Program-made: the position numbers and the translations under genes
Notes under the pieces: generated by a model
Told to the model about the DNA's origin: nothing
Seen by the model: only the letters and a program-made list of their open reading frames with translations
The model's database searches: none
Shown here: positions 11,248-23,867 of the stretch, in pieces
Numbering within the stretch: position 1 is the first letter of the stretch
How the letters are laid out: each line of letters opens with the position of its first letter
Assembly (NCBI RefSeq): GCF_963921235.1
Contig: NC_086107.1
Location: forward strand, 96,720,001-96,784,000
Origin: Mobula hypostoma
Lineage: Eukaryota
Direction: 5' to 3'
Length of the DNA stretch: 64,000 nucleotides

Positions 11248-12735
11248 TATTATTATTATTATCACTTATTTTTTCCCAGCTCAAGCTGGTAAAACCTTAA
11301 GTACAGGCACAGCCAAGCACACTCGTTTTTCAATTGCTAGGAACTTTTGGACTATTCCAGTGGTGTTTAGTATTGCAGCTTCTGAAAATTTACGTAAATA
11401 TTGCTGTGCAGGCCTAATTGTTTAATAATATTGTGTAGTGGCTTTGGGATGATACCAGTTGTAGATATTACTATTGGGACAATGTATACCCTGTTCATGT
11501 TCCAAAGTCTTTCAATTTCCTCTTTTAATTCTGCATATTTCTGGTGTTTTTCACTGACTGATTTCTGTACGTTATGTGTGTTTGAAATGGCCATGTCTAT
11601 TAAGTAAGTTGTTTGCCCAAATGGAATGCTGAATCCTGTTTTTGTTCATAAAAGTATATTCTTAGAAGTTTATCTGACATAGAAACATAGAAAAATAGAA
11701 AACCTACAGCACAGTACAGGTCCTTCGGCCCACAAAGCTGTGCCGAACATGTCCTTACCCGAAAAACTACCTAGGGTTACCCATAGCCCTCTATTTTTTT
11801 GAGCTCCATATACCTGTCCAGGAGTCTCTTAAAAGACCCTATCGTATCCACCTCCACCACCATCGCCGGCAGCCCATTCCACGCACTGACCACCCTCTGT
11901 GTAAAAAACTTACCCCTGATATCTCCTCTGTACCTACTTCCAAGCACCTTAAAACTGCCCTCTCGTGCTAGCCATTTCAGCCCTGGGAACAAGCCTCTGA
12001 CTATCCACACAATCAATGTCTGTCATCATCTTGTACACCTCTATCAGGTCACCTCTCATCCTCCGTCGCTCCAAGGAGAAAAGGCCAAGTTCACTCAACC
12101 TATTCTCATAAGGCATGCTCCCCAATCCAGGCAACATCCTTGTAAATCTGCTGACTGTTGTGTAATTTTTTAAAATATCTGTTATTCATCTTCCTCTGGG
12201 TAGTGTTAATCTAAGTGTGTTCAAGTGTACATAGTGTTTTCTAAAACTTGTCATTTCAGTTCTTATTTTGATTTGTAAATTTTCCGGATTGGTTTTGGAC
12301 CAAGATATTATTCCAAAAGAATACCTTTATATGGGTATAGTGAAAGTGCATTTTTGCCTTTGTTATATTTTTACCATTGAGTCTGTTTCGCAGATTTTCT
12401 TAAGCTTTGAAGTAAATTCTGTTGAACATCACTTTATCCCCCTATGATGTACTTGCTTTATTTGTTGTTATGTTTCATATTCATCCATCAGTAGTTTTAT
12501 ACCCTGCTGCTCTGTCTTATACCCTACTAGCTCGATTGCACCTTTCTTTATGTTTAATGTTCTGCACTATTCCAGTCCAAAGTTCACGTTTATATCTTTA
12601 GAAAATTGTTCTACTATTGGAATTAATTTATTTTGCTTTACTGATAAGGAGCGTATAATTTCAACTTTGTTTATGTATAGAAGGTGTGTCAAGGCATAAT
12701 TCGTGTGGCTGTTTCTAATTTGATACCCTAAATTA
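11248..12735 (-). mobile_element. Degenerate R4/Dong-clade non-LTR element (RT + restriction-like endonuclease), split by a CR1 fragment
   Basis: RT remnant THLLY..K...IVEQFSKDINVNFGLE*CRTLNIKKG (12.5-12.7 kb). REL remnant YLIDMAISNTHN...EKHQKYAELKEEIERLW...VPIVISTTGIIPK (11367-11610). (TAA)n tail at ~11248-11263. Confidence 0.75.
11678..12150 (-). mobile_element. CR1 3' fragment nested in the R4/Dong element
   Basis: ATAGAAAC tail; LFSLERRRMRGDLIEVYK and RGKFFTQRVVSAWN. Confidence 0.85.
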
Positions 12736-14879
12736 GAGAGCGGGTTTAAAGCTGGACAAAACCACAGTGGGCTTTGAGAGCCGCGCTGGAAAATGCCTCC
12801 GTTTGTTTTGTTAATGGTGGCTGTCCTTCATCTTGGTTGTTAACAGATAGTGTGATTATATACGCCAATGCTTCATCAGACACTGTAGGAATTCTACAGG
12901 TATTGGGTGCAGTTTTATATATATAATTTCTTATTTATTTTTTCTTTCGTATTTGCAGTTTGCTGTCTTTTGCACACTAGTTGTCTGCCCTGATGGTGCG
13001 GTCTTTCATTGATTCTATTGTGGTTATTGGATTTATTGAGTATGAAAACGAATCTTAGGGTGGTACATGGTGACATATATGTATTTGATAATAACTTTAC
13101 TTTGAACTCAAGTATCTGAACCGTTTAAAGTTTCGTTGAAGTATCAGAATCACAGGTGATATAAATCGAAGCGTCGGTACAACTCGGCAGATGTATGCCA
13201 AAAAGGCAAATCCACAATATTCTGTCGCACATGTGAAGCTACAGACTTCAGTATTGAAATTGAGCTTGTTTTGCAGTGGTAGTATAACTCCGGATATCAC
13301 AGTTGCAATAGAGACTAAATTTAACCTTCACCGTATTGAGAATATTGTTTGTGGGGGTTCAGACATGGCTTTGTGTCCATCTTGTACAATTAGCGGCAAA
13401 TATATGTTTAAATGTAGATACACGGGGGCTGTTGATGAATTTCAAATTCAAACCGTTCTGTTACAACGCTTGCTTCAATGAGGTGAATTGGATGTAACGC
13501 GATTGACGAAAACAAGTCAATAATTTGTATTACGGGGCCGAATTGTGATAATCAGATTTCGATCAGGAATTAGAGTTGCTTTGGAAATTGACTACCAGTA
13601 AAAAAAGTAGTCTTGGAGGGAAAAAAAAAGTGTTTAAAAAAACCGTTTCGATATAACATCCTCACCGTGCGGCAATCAGAAACCGTTGTCTCTTAAAAAC
13701 ACAGTTCAAAGTTCAAAGTAATTGTATTATCATTACTATATACTACCCTGAGAATCATTTTCTTCCAGGCATTTACAGGGAAAAAAAGAAATATAATAGA
13801 ATTTACGAAAAACTACACATAAACAGACAAATCATAAACACACGAGATTCTGCGGATGCTGGACATCCAGAATAACGCACGCACACACAGTGCTGGGGGA
13901 ATTCAGCGGGTCAGGCGGAAACAAAGGCTGACAATGTGCAAGAGAAGGCAAACTGCAAATAAAAAGATAATATTGTACCGAGAACATGAATTGTAAAGAG
14001 TCACTGGAAGTTGTAGATTGTTGAATCGGCTCCGAGAAGTGGTTGCTGCCGGTGTCAGTGCGGAAGGCCAGTGGAAATTGACAAACATTGGCTTCTAGTA
14101 TTGGTACTTGCACTAGGATTAAACAAAGTAACTACATTTTTAGTTTAAAAAAGCAGTAGCAAAGTACATTTGTAGCTATCAGATAATCTAGTTATTGCGT
14201 GTCTGAAACCCTAGCCCCTAGCCTCCCCTCTCCCCCGTTTCCCATGTACACAATTGTAACGCGCGGTTTCTTACGAGCACAACCGTCGCGTTGCACTGTA
14301 GTGGTTATGAACCGTTTCAACGGATTTCATTTCTATGCCCACGTTGTAAGGTAACTGGGCTTTAAATAAACCTTGTATACCAGAATAGCTCAATGGTTTG
14401 TGATTGTTAAAAGTTTGCAAATAGACTCGGGGAATATTCTAGGGAGGTTTGCAGTTGGTTCCCAGTAGGAGTGTGAATAATTTGGGCTAAAACGTGTTGA
14501 AAGCAAAATCAGTGAAAACAAAATCTAAGTTAACAATACCCGGGAATCCATTCTTTACTAGTGTACTGTCCCAAGGACTTTAACTAGAATGTTTCAAATC
14601 AGATTTTGCTGTAAAACTAACTGACAATGACCAGACTCTGGTAGTTACTAACGAGCCACTCAGCCAGTACCTTGAGTTGAGGGAGCAAAACCTTGTGAAT
14701 TGTCAGTCACCATTGACTTCTGGACATTTCAAACTTCACGTTAATCTCTCACCTCAAGCTTAACCAACACTTTTAAGAACTTGCTGGATTGTACATTAAA
14801 TAGATAAAGATTGGCTTTACTTGTCATGTGTATATTGAAACACACAGTGAAACGTGTCACTTGCATCAAATCACATCAG

Positions 14880-15110
14880 GGAGGATTGTGCAAGTGTTGG
14901 CCACGCTTCTGGTGCCAAGATAGCATGCCCACAACTCGCTAAGCCTAACCGTACATCTTTGGAATGTGGGAAGAGACCGGAGCACTCGGAGGAAACCCAC
15001 ACGGTCACGGGGAGAATGTACAAACTCCTTACAGACGGTGGTGGGATTTGAACCCTGAGTGGTATTGCCGGTGCTGTAAAGTGATGCCCTAACCACTACG
15101 CTACCGTGTC
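14880..15110 (-). mobile_element. tRNA-derived SINE (HE1-like)
   Basis: A-box TAGCGTAGTGG, B-box GGTTCAAATCC and core GTGGGTTTCCTCC...TTCCCACATTCCAAAGA. Confidence 0.75.
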
Positions 15111-16299
15111 ACCTGTGTTTAGTTACTCATTAAATTGGACATAGAAAAATATGACTAATAATTAATAGTATAAATACATTTCCACACAATGGTGACTGCT
15201 AATGACTGCCATTCAATTTCTCTTGCTGGAGAAGTGTGGAACCTCGGGTTATGAAAAATCTTAGGAGAGTTTAGAAAAATAATCTTTAACATTTACCCTT
15301 ATTATTACTTTTTACGTCTGGCTCTGAACGTATGTGATGTAACATTGGTTTTACTCACTTTAGTGACCCCTCTAGCTAGTGAACTCTCTGCTGACTCCTG
15401 TCCCAATGTCACTTGGCGTCGTCCTCTTATTCATCAGTGTCCCAGTTCCCTCATCCCCTCTCTGTCTATGTATTCATTTGGTTAGTCAGTATTCTTATAA
15501 TGTAAATGCCAAAGGTAACTGAGCAATTGCAGTGCATGTGGAGTATGTGTGAAACCTGTATGTGAGATTCTCTCTTCCAATTAAGTCTAGAATGACCACC
15601 AATGAGTGAGCTACAAACTGGTGCTTGATGAGTGACTGACAGAATGGGAATATTACAAGGCTTCATCTACAAGAGTGACTTGGATAATTTGTATAGCATA
15701 AAACAATAGCTATCTCAGACTGCTTTGTAATCAATGGCTTTGGATGGGTCTCTCTGGATAAAAAGTTCTTCAAGGGTACATTTAATGTCGGAGAAATGTA
15801 TACAATATACATACTGAAATTCTTTTTCTTCACAACCCATCCACGAAAACAGAGGAGTGCCCCAAAGAATGAATGACAGTTAAATGTTAGAACCCCAAAG
15901 TCCCCCCCAGCTCCCCCTCCCACACATAAGCAGCAGCAAAGCAACAATCCCCCCCCTCCCCCAGCAGCAAAAGAAGCATCGGCGCCCTCCACCGAGCACT
16001 CAAGCATGCAGCAAAGCATCAATAAAGACACAGACTTGCAGTACCCCAAAGACTACTTGTTCACCCAGTATTCGACATACCACAGGCTCTCCTTCTCCCT
16101 AATAAGGAAAAAAAAGGTGACTCTGTTTCACCAAAGATTGAAGAACAATTTGGAATTCATCTGTGATTTGGGATGGTTTATATAAAAAGAGATGAAATCT
16201 GTTATAGCTTGAAAGATGTCAAACATTTCAATCCCTGAGACAGACCTTTAGCAGTGATTATAAGACAGACTCTGTCCTGATAGCATGATCATTGATTTC

Positions 16300-16675
16300 T
16301 CAAACTTATGGTAATTGCCCCTGCCACCCTCCTCTTTCACCTTATCTCCTTACCTGCCCATCACCTCCCTCTGCTGCTCCTCCTCTTCCCTTTCTTCCAT
16401 GATCTTCTACCCTTTTCTATCATATTCCCCCTTTTCCAGCCCTCCCCCTCGCCCAGTTTTCACCTGTCACCTACCACCTTGTACTTTTTCCTCCCCTCCC
16501 CCCACCTTCTGACTCTGACCTCTCCCCTTCCTTTCCTGTCCTGATGAAGGGTCTCGGCCCAAACGTCGACTGTTTACTCTTTTCCATAGATACTGCCTGG
16601 CCTGCTGAGTTCCTTTGGCATTTTGCATGCTTTGCTTTGAACTTCCAGCATCTGCAGATGTTCTCGAGTTTGTAA
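16300..16675 (+). mobile_element. Penelope-like pseudo-LTR fragment with decayed hammerhead
   Basis: CTGATGAAGGGTCTCGGCCCAAACGTCGACTG, lacking the G of GAAA. Confidence 0.75.
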
Positions 16676-16817
16676 GACAGGGGTCAAGTTTAGTAAAGAG
16701 TCTGTCCATCAGCTAAACTCTCCGACAGGATTACTGCCACTGAAAAGCACTAAAATCAAAAATATATTCATGGATGTTTGCACACTCTTTCTTACACTAG
16801 AACCGTTCCTTACCCAG

Positions 16818-16868
16818 ATGTTGTGGTGAATTCAGTCGGTTTCGGTGCCCAATTCTCTAACTTCAGTG
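16818..16868 (+). CDS. Candidate 17-codon linker / A-strand mini-exon of the receptor
   Basis: ttccttacccAG acceptor and GTTAGT donor, phase 1-1, open frame (D)VVVNSVGFGAQFSNFS(G). Fits between the VJ and C1 exons but has no independent support. Confidence 0.35.
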
Positions 16869-17580
16869 GTTAGTAGGATAACTTGACACATAGGAATTGT
16901 TTGAAGGTGTAACTGACAGCTAATGAAACTGAAAACCCGTAACTATAAAGACGAACTGAAAGTGCAAGCCTCTGTAACTGATTCTAAGGTTTACCGACTC
17001 CCCATCAGGTGAAGGTATGAACGAGCAGGGCATAGAGGGATGTGGAATGAACAGAGGAAAGTGCGATTAGTGTAGAAAAGGATGATGGTTGGCATAGATA
17101 CAGTAGGTTGAAGAGCCTGTTTCTATGCTGTGAAAAGTAATTTGTAAATATGCATCTCGATTATGGCATTTTGTATAGAAATTGTATTTTTTTCTTTCAG
17201 CTTGCTTCATTTTTCACAGAATCATTACGAGCTGAGTATATAGCTGCTTCTAGTACATCTTTTCTCCAAAGACACCCATCGTCAGTCCCATTGCCCCAGT
17301 CTTTCCTGACACCCCTAAGTGCCTGTCCAGATCCCCGATGAAAGCCATGTGCAATTACCTTCACATCATCCCTACAGGCAGTGAGTTTCACATCATAACT
17401 TCTCCCCGCGTAAAATCATTCTTTCTCACATTTGCCTTATATTTATTGCCCAACATTTCAAACCCTGGTCCTTGGACCGTTTACTAATTGGAACTGCTTC
17501 CCCCATCCACACCGAACCAAACATGATCTTCTGCACCTCCAGCAGATCTTCTCTCGACTTTCTTCGCAACAGCTCCACGT

Positions 17581-17652
17581 AGTTTCGTGAAGCAATGGTT
17601 AGCACTCTGGGCTCTGAATGCAGCGATCTGAGTTCAAATCTCGTCGGAACCT
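17581..17652 (+). pseudogene. tRNA-Gln(CTG)-derived pseudogene
   Basis: 72 nt colinear with vertebrate tRNA-Gln-CTG (AATGGTTAGCACTCTGG..CTCTGAAT..AGCGATC.GAGTTCAAATCTCG..GGAACCT). D, anticodon and T stems each carry mismatches, and position 1:72 is unpaired. Confidence 0.8.
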
Positions 17653-18016
17653 GCTACTTTCTATTTTGGATAAGTACGTGGATGGCTGGGGTAATGGAGA
17701 GCTATGGTCCAGCTTACTTTTATACTTGTCCAGAGAAGAGGACCACCATTTTGACTGATAACGTCAAGGAGTAGTAGTCATTTAGTATTAGTTATTGGTT
17801 CCAGCTGCAGTGTTGGCTTTAACTTTCAGTTTGAGTGTTTTAGTTAATGGCCCCTGTTTATTGTTTCTCTTTTCCTTTAAATTCTGAAACAGTTCTTGTT
17901 AAAGTCAGTGAATTATTGACCTACTTGTTTCTCTCTTTCACTGCACTTACACCATATCTGAATATGACAGCGTGTGGATTGGTGGAATAATTGGTCACAG
18001 TAAATTTCCCCTAGAC

Positions 18017-18097
18017 CAGGGGTTCCCAATCTTTTTAATGCCATGGACCCCTACCATTAACCCAAGGGGTCTGAGGACCCCTGGTTGGGAACCCTTG
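18017..18097. mobile_element. 81-bp hAT MITE (same family)
   Basis: TIR CAGGGGTTCCCAA / TTGGGAACCCTTG; flanks CCCTAGAC / CCCTAGTG. Confidence 0.8.
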
Positions 18098-21000
18098 CCC
18101 TAGTGTGTGGGTGAATCTAGGGGGAGTTGATGGAATGTGGGGAGATTAAACAGTCAGGGTTGAATTAGTGGGCCAAAGGGCCTTTTTCTCTAGTGGTATT
18201 TATGTATTGCCTCCATGTGTTGCTATTGATAGGAAACAGATTGGAAACTTGCTATCTTGGGATCATTTAGGTGAACATTCTCGCATCCATTCTGATGCTG
18301 TTGAGTCTTACAAGACACGTCAATCGTTTCTGGATGCTCTTTAACCAAAGAAAGCCAGATCATCTTGCTGGAGTTGCAATATTGCTCTTCAGACTTTCAC
18401 CTCCCACTGGATAGTGAATCTCAAAATACTGCAGGTGCTGGAAATCCGAAATAAAAACAGAACGTGCTGGAAACACTCAGTGGGTCAGGCAGCAGCTGTG
18501 GAGAGGGAAAGAGATCCACTGACGAAGAATCTTTGACCTGAAATTTTAAGCGTTTCTCTTTCCACAGATGCTGCTTTACCCACTGAGTATTTCCAACTTA
18601 AATGTCATGGGGCAGTGTCAGTGACTGGAATTTATTGACCTTTTTTGACCTGTGGGATGGAATATTTCTACCCTTCAGTCTATACAATCAGTCTCCCCTG
18701 TCTTTGAAGTCCTCATTTCAATGGTTTCAATATGACATTGTAGAACGAAGTCTAGGCTGAAATAATACATTATCTTATGATTAAATTTAATTTTCAGCAG
18801 GAAGCCCACAAGCCATTGAATTTACATCACAGAAACCGGCCTTCGCTTTATGAAGTCCAACAATCTGATGATCATTTTAAAATTGAAGTGTTGTGTTCAT
18901 GAAACATAATTTGAACTAAAATTTAGAAAATTTATGAACATTTTTGAAAAACATTTCTGAAAATTTTGAAAAATTAAAAAAAGATCTAAAATTTTGAAAA
19001 AAAAATTGACAAAGAGTTATTAGTTAAGGAGGGAAGCTAAATCAAGGATGAACAGTAAATTAGATTAGATTAGATTCAACTTTATTGTCATTGTGCCGAG
19101 TACAGATACAAAGCCAATGAAATGCATTTAGCGTCTGACCAGAAATGCAAAGAATAGTGTTATTTACAAAATAACTGCGAATAAAAAATGCTGAACTGGT
19201 TAGTGATTCTCAAAGTTAGTGATGTTCAAAGAGAGTAATTAAAAGGAAAATATCAAATTAAAAAATAATACTTCTCTAAGACTGCTGCATTAAGAGATTA
19301 GCCTTTTCAGTGACTTTATGGCATGGTTCAAAGTTCAAGGTAAATTTATTATCCAAGTACATATATGTCACAATTACAACCCCGAGATTCATTTTCTTGT
19401 GGGCATACTCAATAATAGAATAGCAACCATAATAGAATCAGTGAAAAACTGCACCAGCTGTCACATTCAACCAGCGTGCAAAAGACAACAAACTGTGCAA
19501 ATACAAAAATAAATAATAATAACAACAAACAAATAACCAATAAATATCGAGAACATGAGATGAAGAGTCCATAGATTGTGGGAACATTTCAATGATGGGG
19601 CAAGTGAAGCTGAGTGAAGTTATCCCCTTTGGTTCAGGAGCCTGATGGTTGAGAGGTAATAACTGTACCTGAACCCGGTGGTGTGAGTCCTGTACCTTCT
19701 TCCTGATAGTTGAGGGGTAATAACTGTACCTGAACCTGGCGGTGTGAGTCCTGAGGCTCCTGTACCTTCTTTCTGATGGTAGCAGCGAGAAGAGAGCATG
19801 TCCTGGGTGGCGGGGGTCCCTGATGATGGATGCTGCTTTCTTGTGACAGTGCTCAATAGCGGGGGGGTCTTTACCCGTGATGGACTTGACCGTATCCACT
19901 ACGTAATTATGATGATGAGCTTTCAGATTCTTTGCTATTTCTGTCAGAGACAGCCTCTATGATCTGTTTATAAATATGTGCAAACATTCATTAACAGGAG
20001 CTCAGAGAGGACCAGGGAGCAGGAGTTGGATGTGAGGACAATACCAAAGCTGAGACTCATTCAGCACCCAAAGGCCCACACTGCTGAAAAGCCCCATTCC
20101 CTCTTACAATTAGTTTCATTATCCGAGCCCTTCCCATAAGGGAAACACATCGATCTCGTGGATCAATGTGCAAATGTTAATGGGATCACATTGTCGTCTC
20201 TTGCCCAAAGAATACTAAAATCATCCAATGTGAGATGTTCAAAGTGTTGGAAAGGATTTGCAGCACAGAACCAGTTACTGCGATTCCTTTATATTTTGGA
20301 AAAAAAAAGCTTGGTCTGTGAAATAATGTTAGGCATAAAGGCTGGCGGAATGCATTCTGACTGTATTGGCATTATGTACATATATCGAGTGGCATGCTGT
20401 GCATTTTAAGGGAAATTACCCATGTATGTTGAAGGTATGTACCCCCAGTGATCAGTGCCATTATAGCAAAGGTTCAAAGGTTCATTTATTACCAAAGTAT
20501 GTATATAGTGTACAACTCTGAGATTTGTCTTCTCCAGATAGCCACGAAACAAAGAAAGCCATGGAAGTCATTCGAAGATAAATATCAACCCCTGGCCCAC
20601 AAACCTCAACCCCTCTCCCTTGCACAAAAACATTAGCAGATCACTCCACGCAGAAAACGGCACATAGAACCTCAAACTCCAAGCCCCCTCACACAAACAA
20701 CTAACAGTTCGCTCCCAAGAAAAAATGGACAAAAACACAGAATTCAGAAAAAAAACCACAGAAGTGAATGAGACCAATTTGAAATATAGTTAGTTTGAAC
20801 TCCAGGCCACAGTTCAACCCACAAATCACAGAACTTCGATAACATCCTCTGACAGCATCTAGGAGAGTGACTTCTTGAATTCAGAGGCCTTTCGAGGTCT
20901 GTGCACACAGAGACCATCACAATGGCGAGCAAGAGACGTGTAGTCAGCACCGAACACTCACTCCCTTCCGCATTCACCTTGATACTTCAATCTTCCTCGA

Positions 21001-23867
21001 CACTTTAATCGATGAGAAAGGAAGTTGATCATGGGCTTGCACCCCGTCTCTTCGCCAGGAAGCGACTCGTTCTCATGCTCCCCTCCTGGAGTTTTCTCGG
21101 GGACAGCAGAACAGTAGGTCACAGAATCTACAAACTGTAATTTGCAGGCTCCAACAGTTCTAGAAACATATTTAAGATAAAAAGAACACGTAGAAAAAGT
21201 GAAATAAGCAGCTCTGTGGACTACCTGCACGACGTTGCCTAAGGTAGCGTTGCTTGCTGGTGCTATTTTGACCGGAAGCAAAGTTTAATTTGTGGAATAT
21301 TTGGAAATCCAGGAGTTTCTGTATTTTCTGGTGTTGTGTTTTCCCTCATTTTCAACATCTAATCTCATCAACACATGCTTATTTACCTTCCCACTAGAAG
21401 GTTATATATCTACGTTTATATGGTTTAATATTTCTGGTTTAAATTCACCTTGGTTATATCCTAAGTTCAATTCAATTCAAGTTTAATTGTCGTTCAACCA
21501 TACATGAATACCCATGAATACAGCCAAATGAAACAGCATTACCCTGGGGCCAAGGTGCAAAACACAATATCAATGGTCACACACAGCAAAAAGCACACAT
21601 AGCACATAGAAGGAGCACATAAAGATATCAGTAAGATACAGCCATGCAAAAAAAAAGTCCAGACCCAAGACGTAAATGCCACAGAAATCTGCAGTCGACC
21701 ACAGTACAGCTTGTCTTCTGCCGAGCAAACACTGGGGGGGCAGCACTGACTCCAGCTTGGACACTGTGCCACATCGCCCCTGGTGGAGCGCACCAGCTCT
21801 GATGCCTCTCTCCTAGCCACTGTAAGCAGGTGACACCACAGCTTGAGGCCTAGTCCTTGCGCATATAGGGTATCAGTAAAATATAAGATAAGTTTTCTCC
21901 TCAGTTCCAAATACATTTTATGATTTTTGAATATTGATATCCCTAGTTTTGGTCTTGCCAGCTAATGAACCCGTTCTCAGTTTACCCTATTTTTCTCTCT
22001 TGAAGACCTGCATCAAGCTGCTTCCCAGGTCCCTTCTACACAAATTCTGACATTCAGCCTTGCCTGTGACATCAAAATAGCTCAAAAGTGTTTGAGAGCA
22101 CAGCCGAGCCTGTGCCCTCTCCGGGATCTGGTGTTACTGGGTGAAGCGTACGTGTTGTGACAATTGAATGGAAATGAGCCAACTGCGTTGTGAAGGACTG
22201 ACCTGTGACCTGTCAATGTTTGATGCGGAAGCACTCACGGGAGAGGTGGTAGTGCTAGGACTGCTGGGGCTTCCTAATACCCTGCTTTGGGAGGATAGTC
22301 TCAGGAGAGGAGGCAAAGGCAATGACAGCTTTGAAAATGTAAGCTGATTGTCAGAAAGCACAGTTTGTTCACTCAACTGAAAACCTTAAAAGGAAGCTAC
22401 AGACTCGCTGACCTAGATTTACGAACTGTATGTACAATGGAACATTGGTATTCATGGTTTCCTTCCATTTGACCTTCTCAAAAATAAGTGCTGATTGTCT
22501 TTCTATAAAAAGCATCATACAATCCCACACCAGAAAGGAGAAGAATCAGAGGATTGCGCTGGTGAACGTTCTTCAGAGAGCTCCCTAATGATTTCCACAC
22601 CCTTGCCTTTTGCCCCAGAACTCACTAATTTGTTCCTTTTCAAGTGTTCATCTGTTCCCTTTGGAAGCCACTGATCAATCAGCTTCCTGAAAAATAAAGA
22701 GGAAAATGAACCTGAAGTGGGCCAGGCAGCCTTTCAAAGTCACTCCATCATTAGTTTGATCCCGGCTGAACCGACCTTTGGCCTCATCTCCATTTTGAAT
22801 TGCTCACAGCCTTTGATTCTGTTGTAGTCCGAGAACCTGCCTCAGCCTGGAATATAACAGAGAGTCTCCACTGGGCCAAAGAATTCCAAAGATTCACCTA
22901 ACTACCGAAAATAAATCAATAAATTTGGAGAGAAAACTTACAAGGATGTAGCTGGAACTTGAGGATATGAGCCACAGGGAAAGATTGAATAGGTTAGTCC
23001 TTTATTCCCCGGAGCGCAGGAGAATGAGGGGAGATTTTTTGGAGGTGTAGGATTATGTGGGGTACAGATAGGGTAAGCGAATGTACACCTTTTCCCATCA
23101 GGGCGGATGAGACTAGAACTAACGGTCATATGTTTACAGTGAAATGTGAGGTATTTAAGAAGTCTCTGAGGGGAAACTTCTTCACTCAGAGGGTGGAACG
23201 AGCAGCCAAATGCTGCAGGTTCAATTGCAACATTTAACAGCAGTTTGGATAGATACATCATTGGGAGAGGTTTTGATCTTCTACTTGGTCATATCTACAT
23301 GCACCCAGACAATGACCAGGTAGAAGATCAGGTCAGCATGGATTAAGTGGGCCGAAGGGCCTGTTTCTATGCTGTGGTATTCTATGGCTCTGTAGTCATA
23401 GTCATAGTCATACTTTATTGATCCCGGGGAAAATCGGTTTTCGTTACAGTTGCACCATAAATAATTAAATAGTAATAAAACTGTAAATAGTTAAATAGTA
23501 ATATGTAAATTATGCCAGGAAATAAGTCCAGGACCAGCCTATTGGCTCAGGGCGTCTGACCCTCCAAGGGAGGAGTTGTAAAGCTTGATGGCCACAGGCA
23601 GGAATGACTTCCTATGACGCTCTGTGTTGCATCTCGGCGCCATCTCTGAAGAAAACATAAATCATCAGCAAGAGGTACAGAACCCTAAGTCCCATGCCAG
23701 CAGGTTCAGGGGAAGCTACTGTCACCACCCAGTTCTTGAACTGACCTGCACAACCTTAATCCTACCTCAGCCATGGTACACTGACCACCTCTTCCCCAAC
23801 AATGGACTAGTCGTTGATTATGTTTTTGTTTTGCACAGACACTTTCTTCACTGTCTTGTGTAGTTTA

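Noticed and set aside
13140-13481. Cys-containing ORF as an additional Ig domain
   Set aside because: No conserved Trp, no convincing splice sites, and no recognisable family.
14020-14075. RSGCCRCQCGRPV resembling the CD8-alpha Lck-binding tail
   Set aside because: It is embedded in a degenerate LINE 3' repeat with no proper acceptor.
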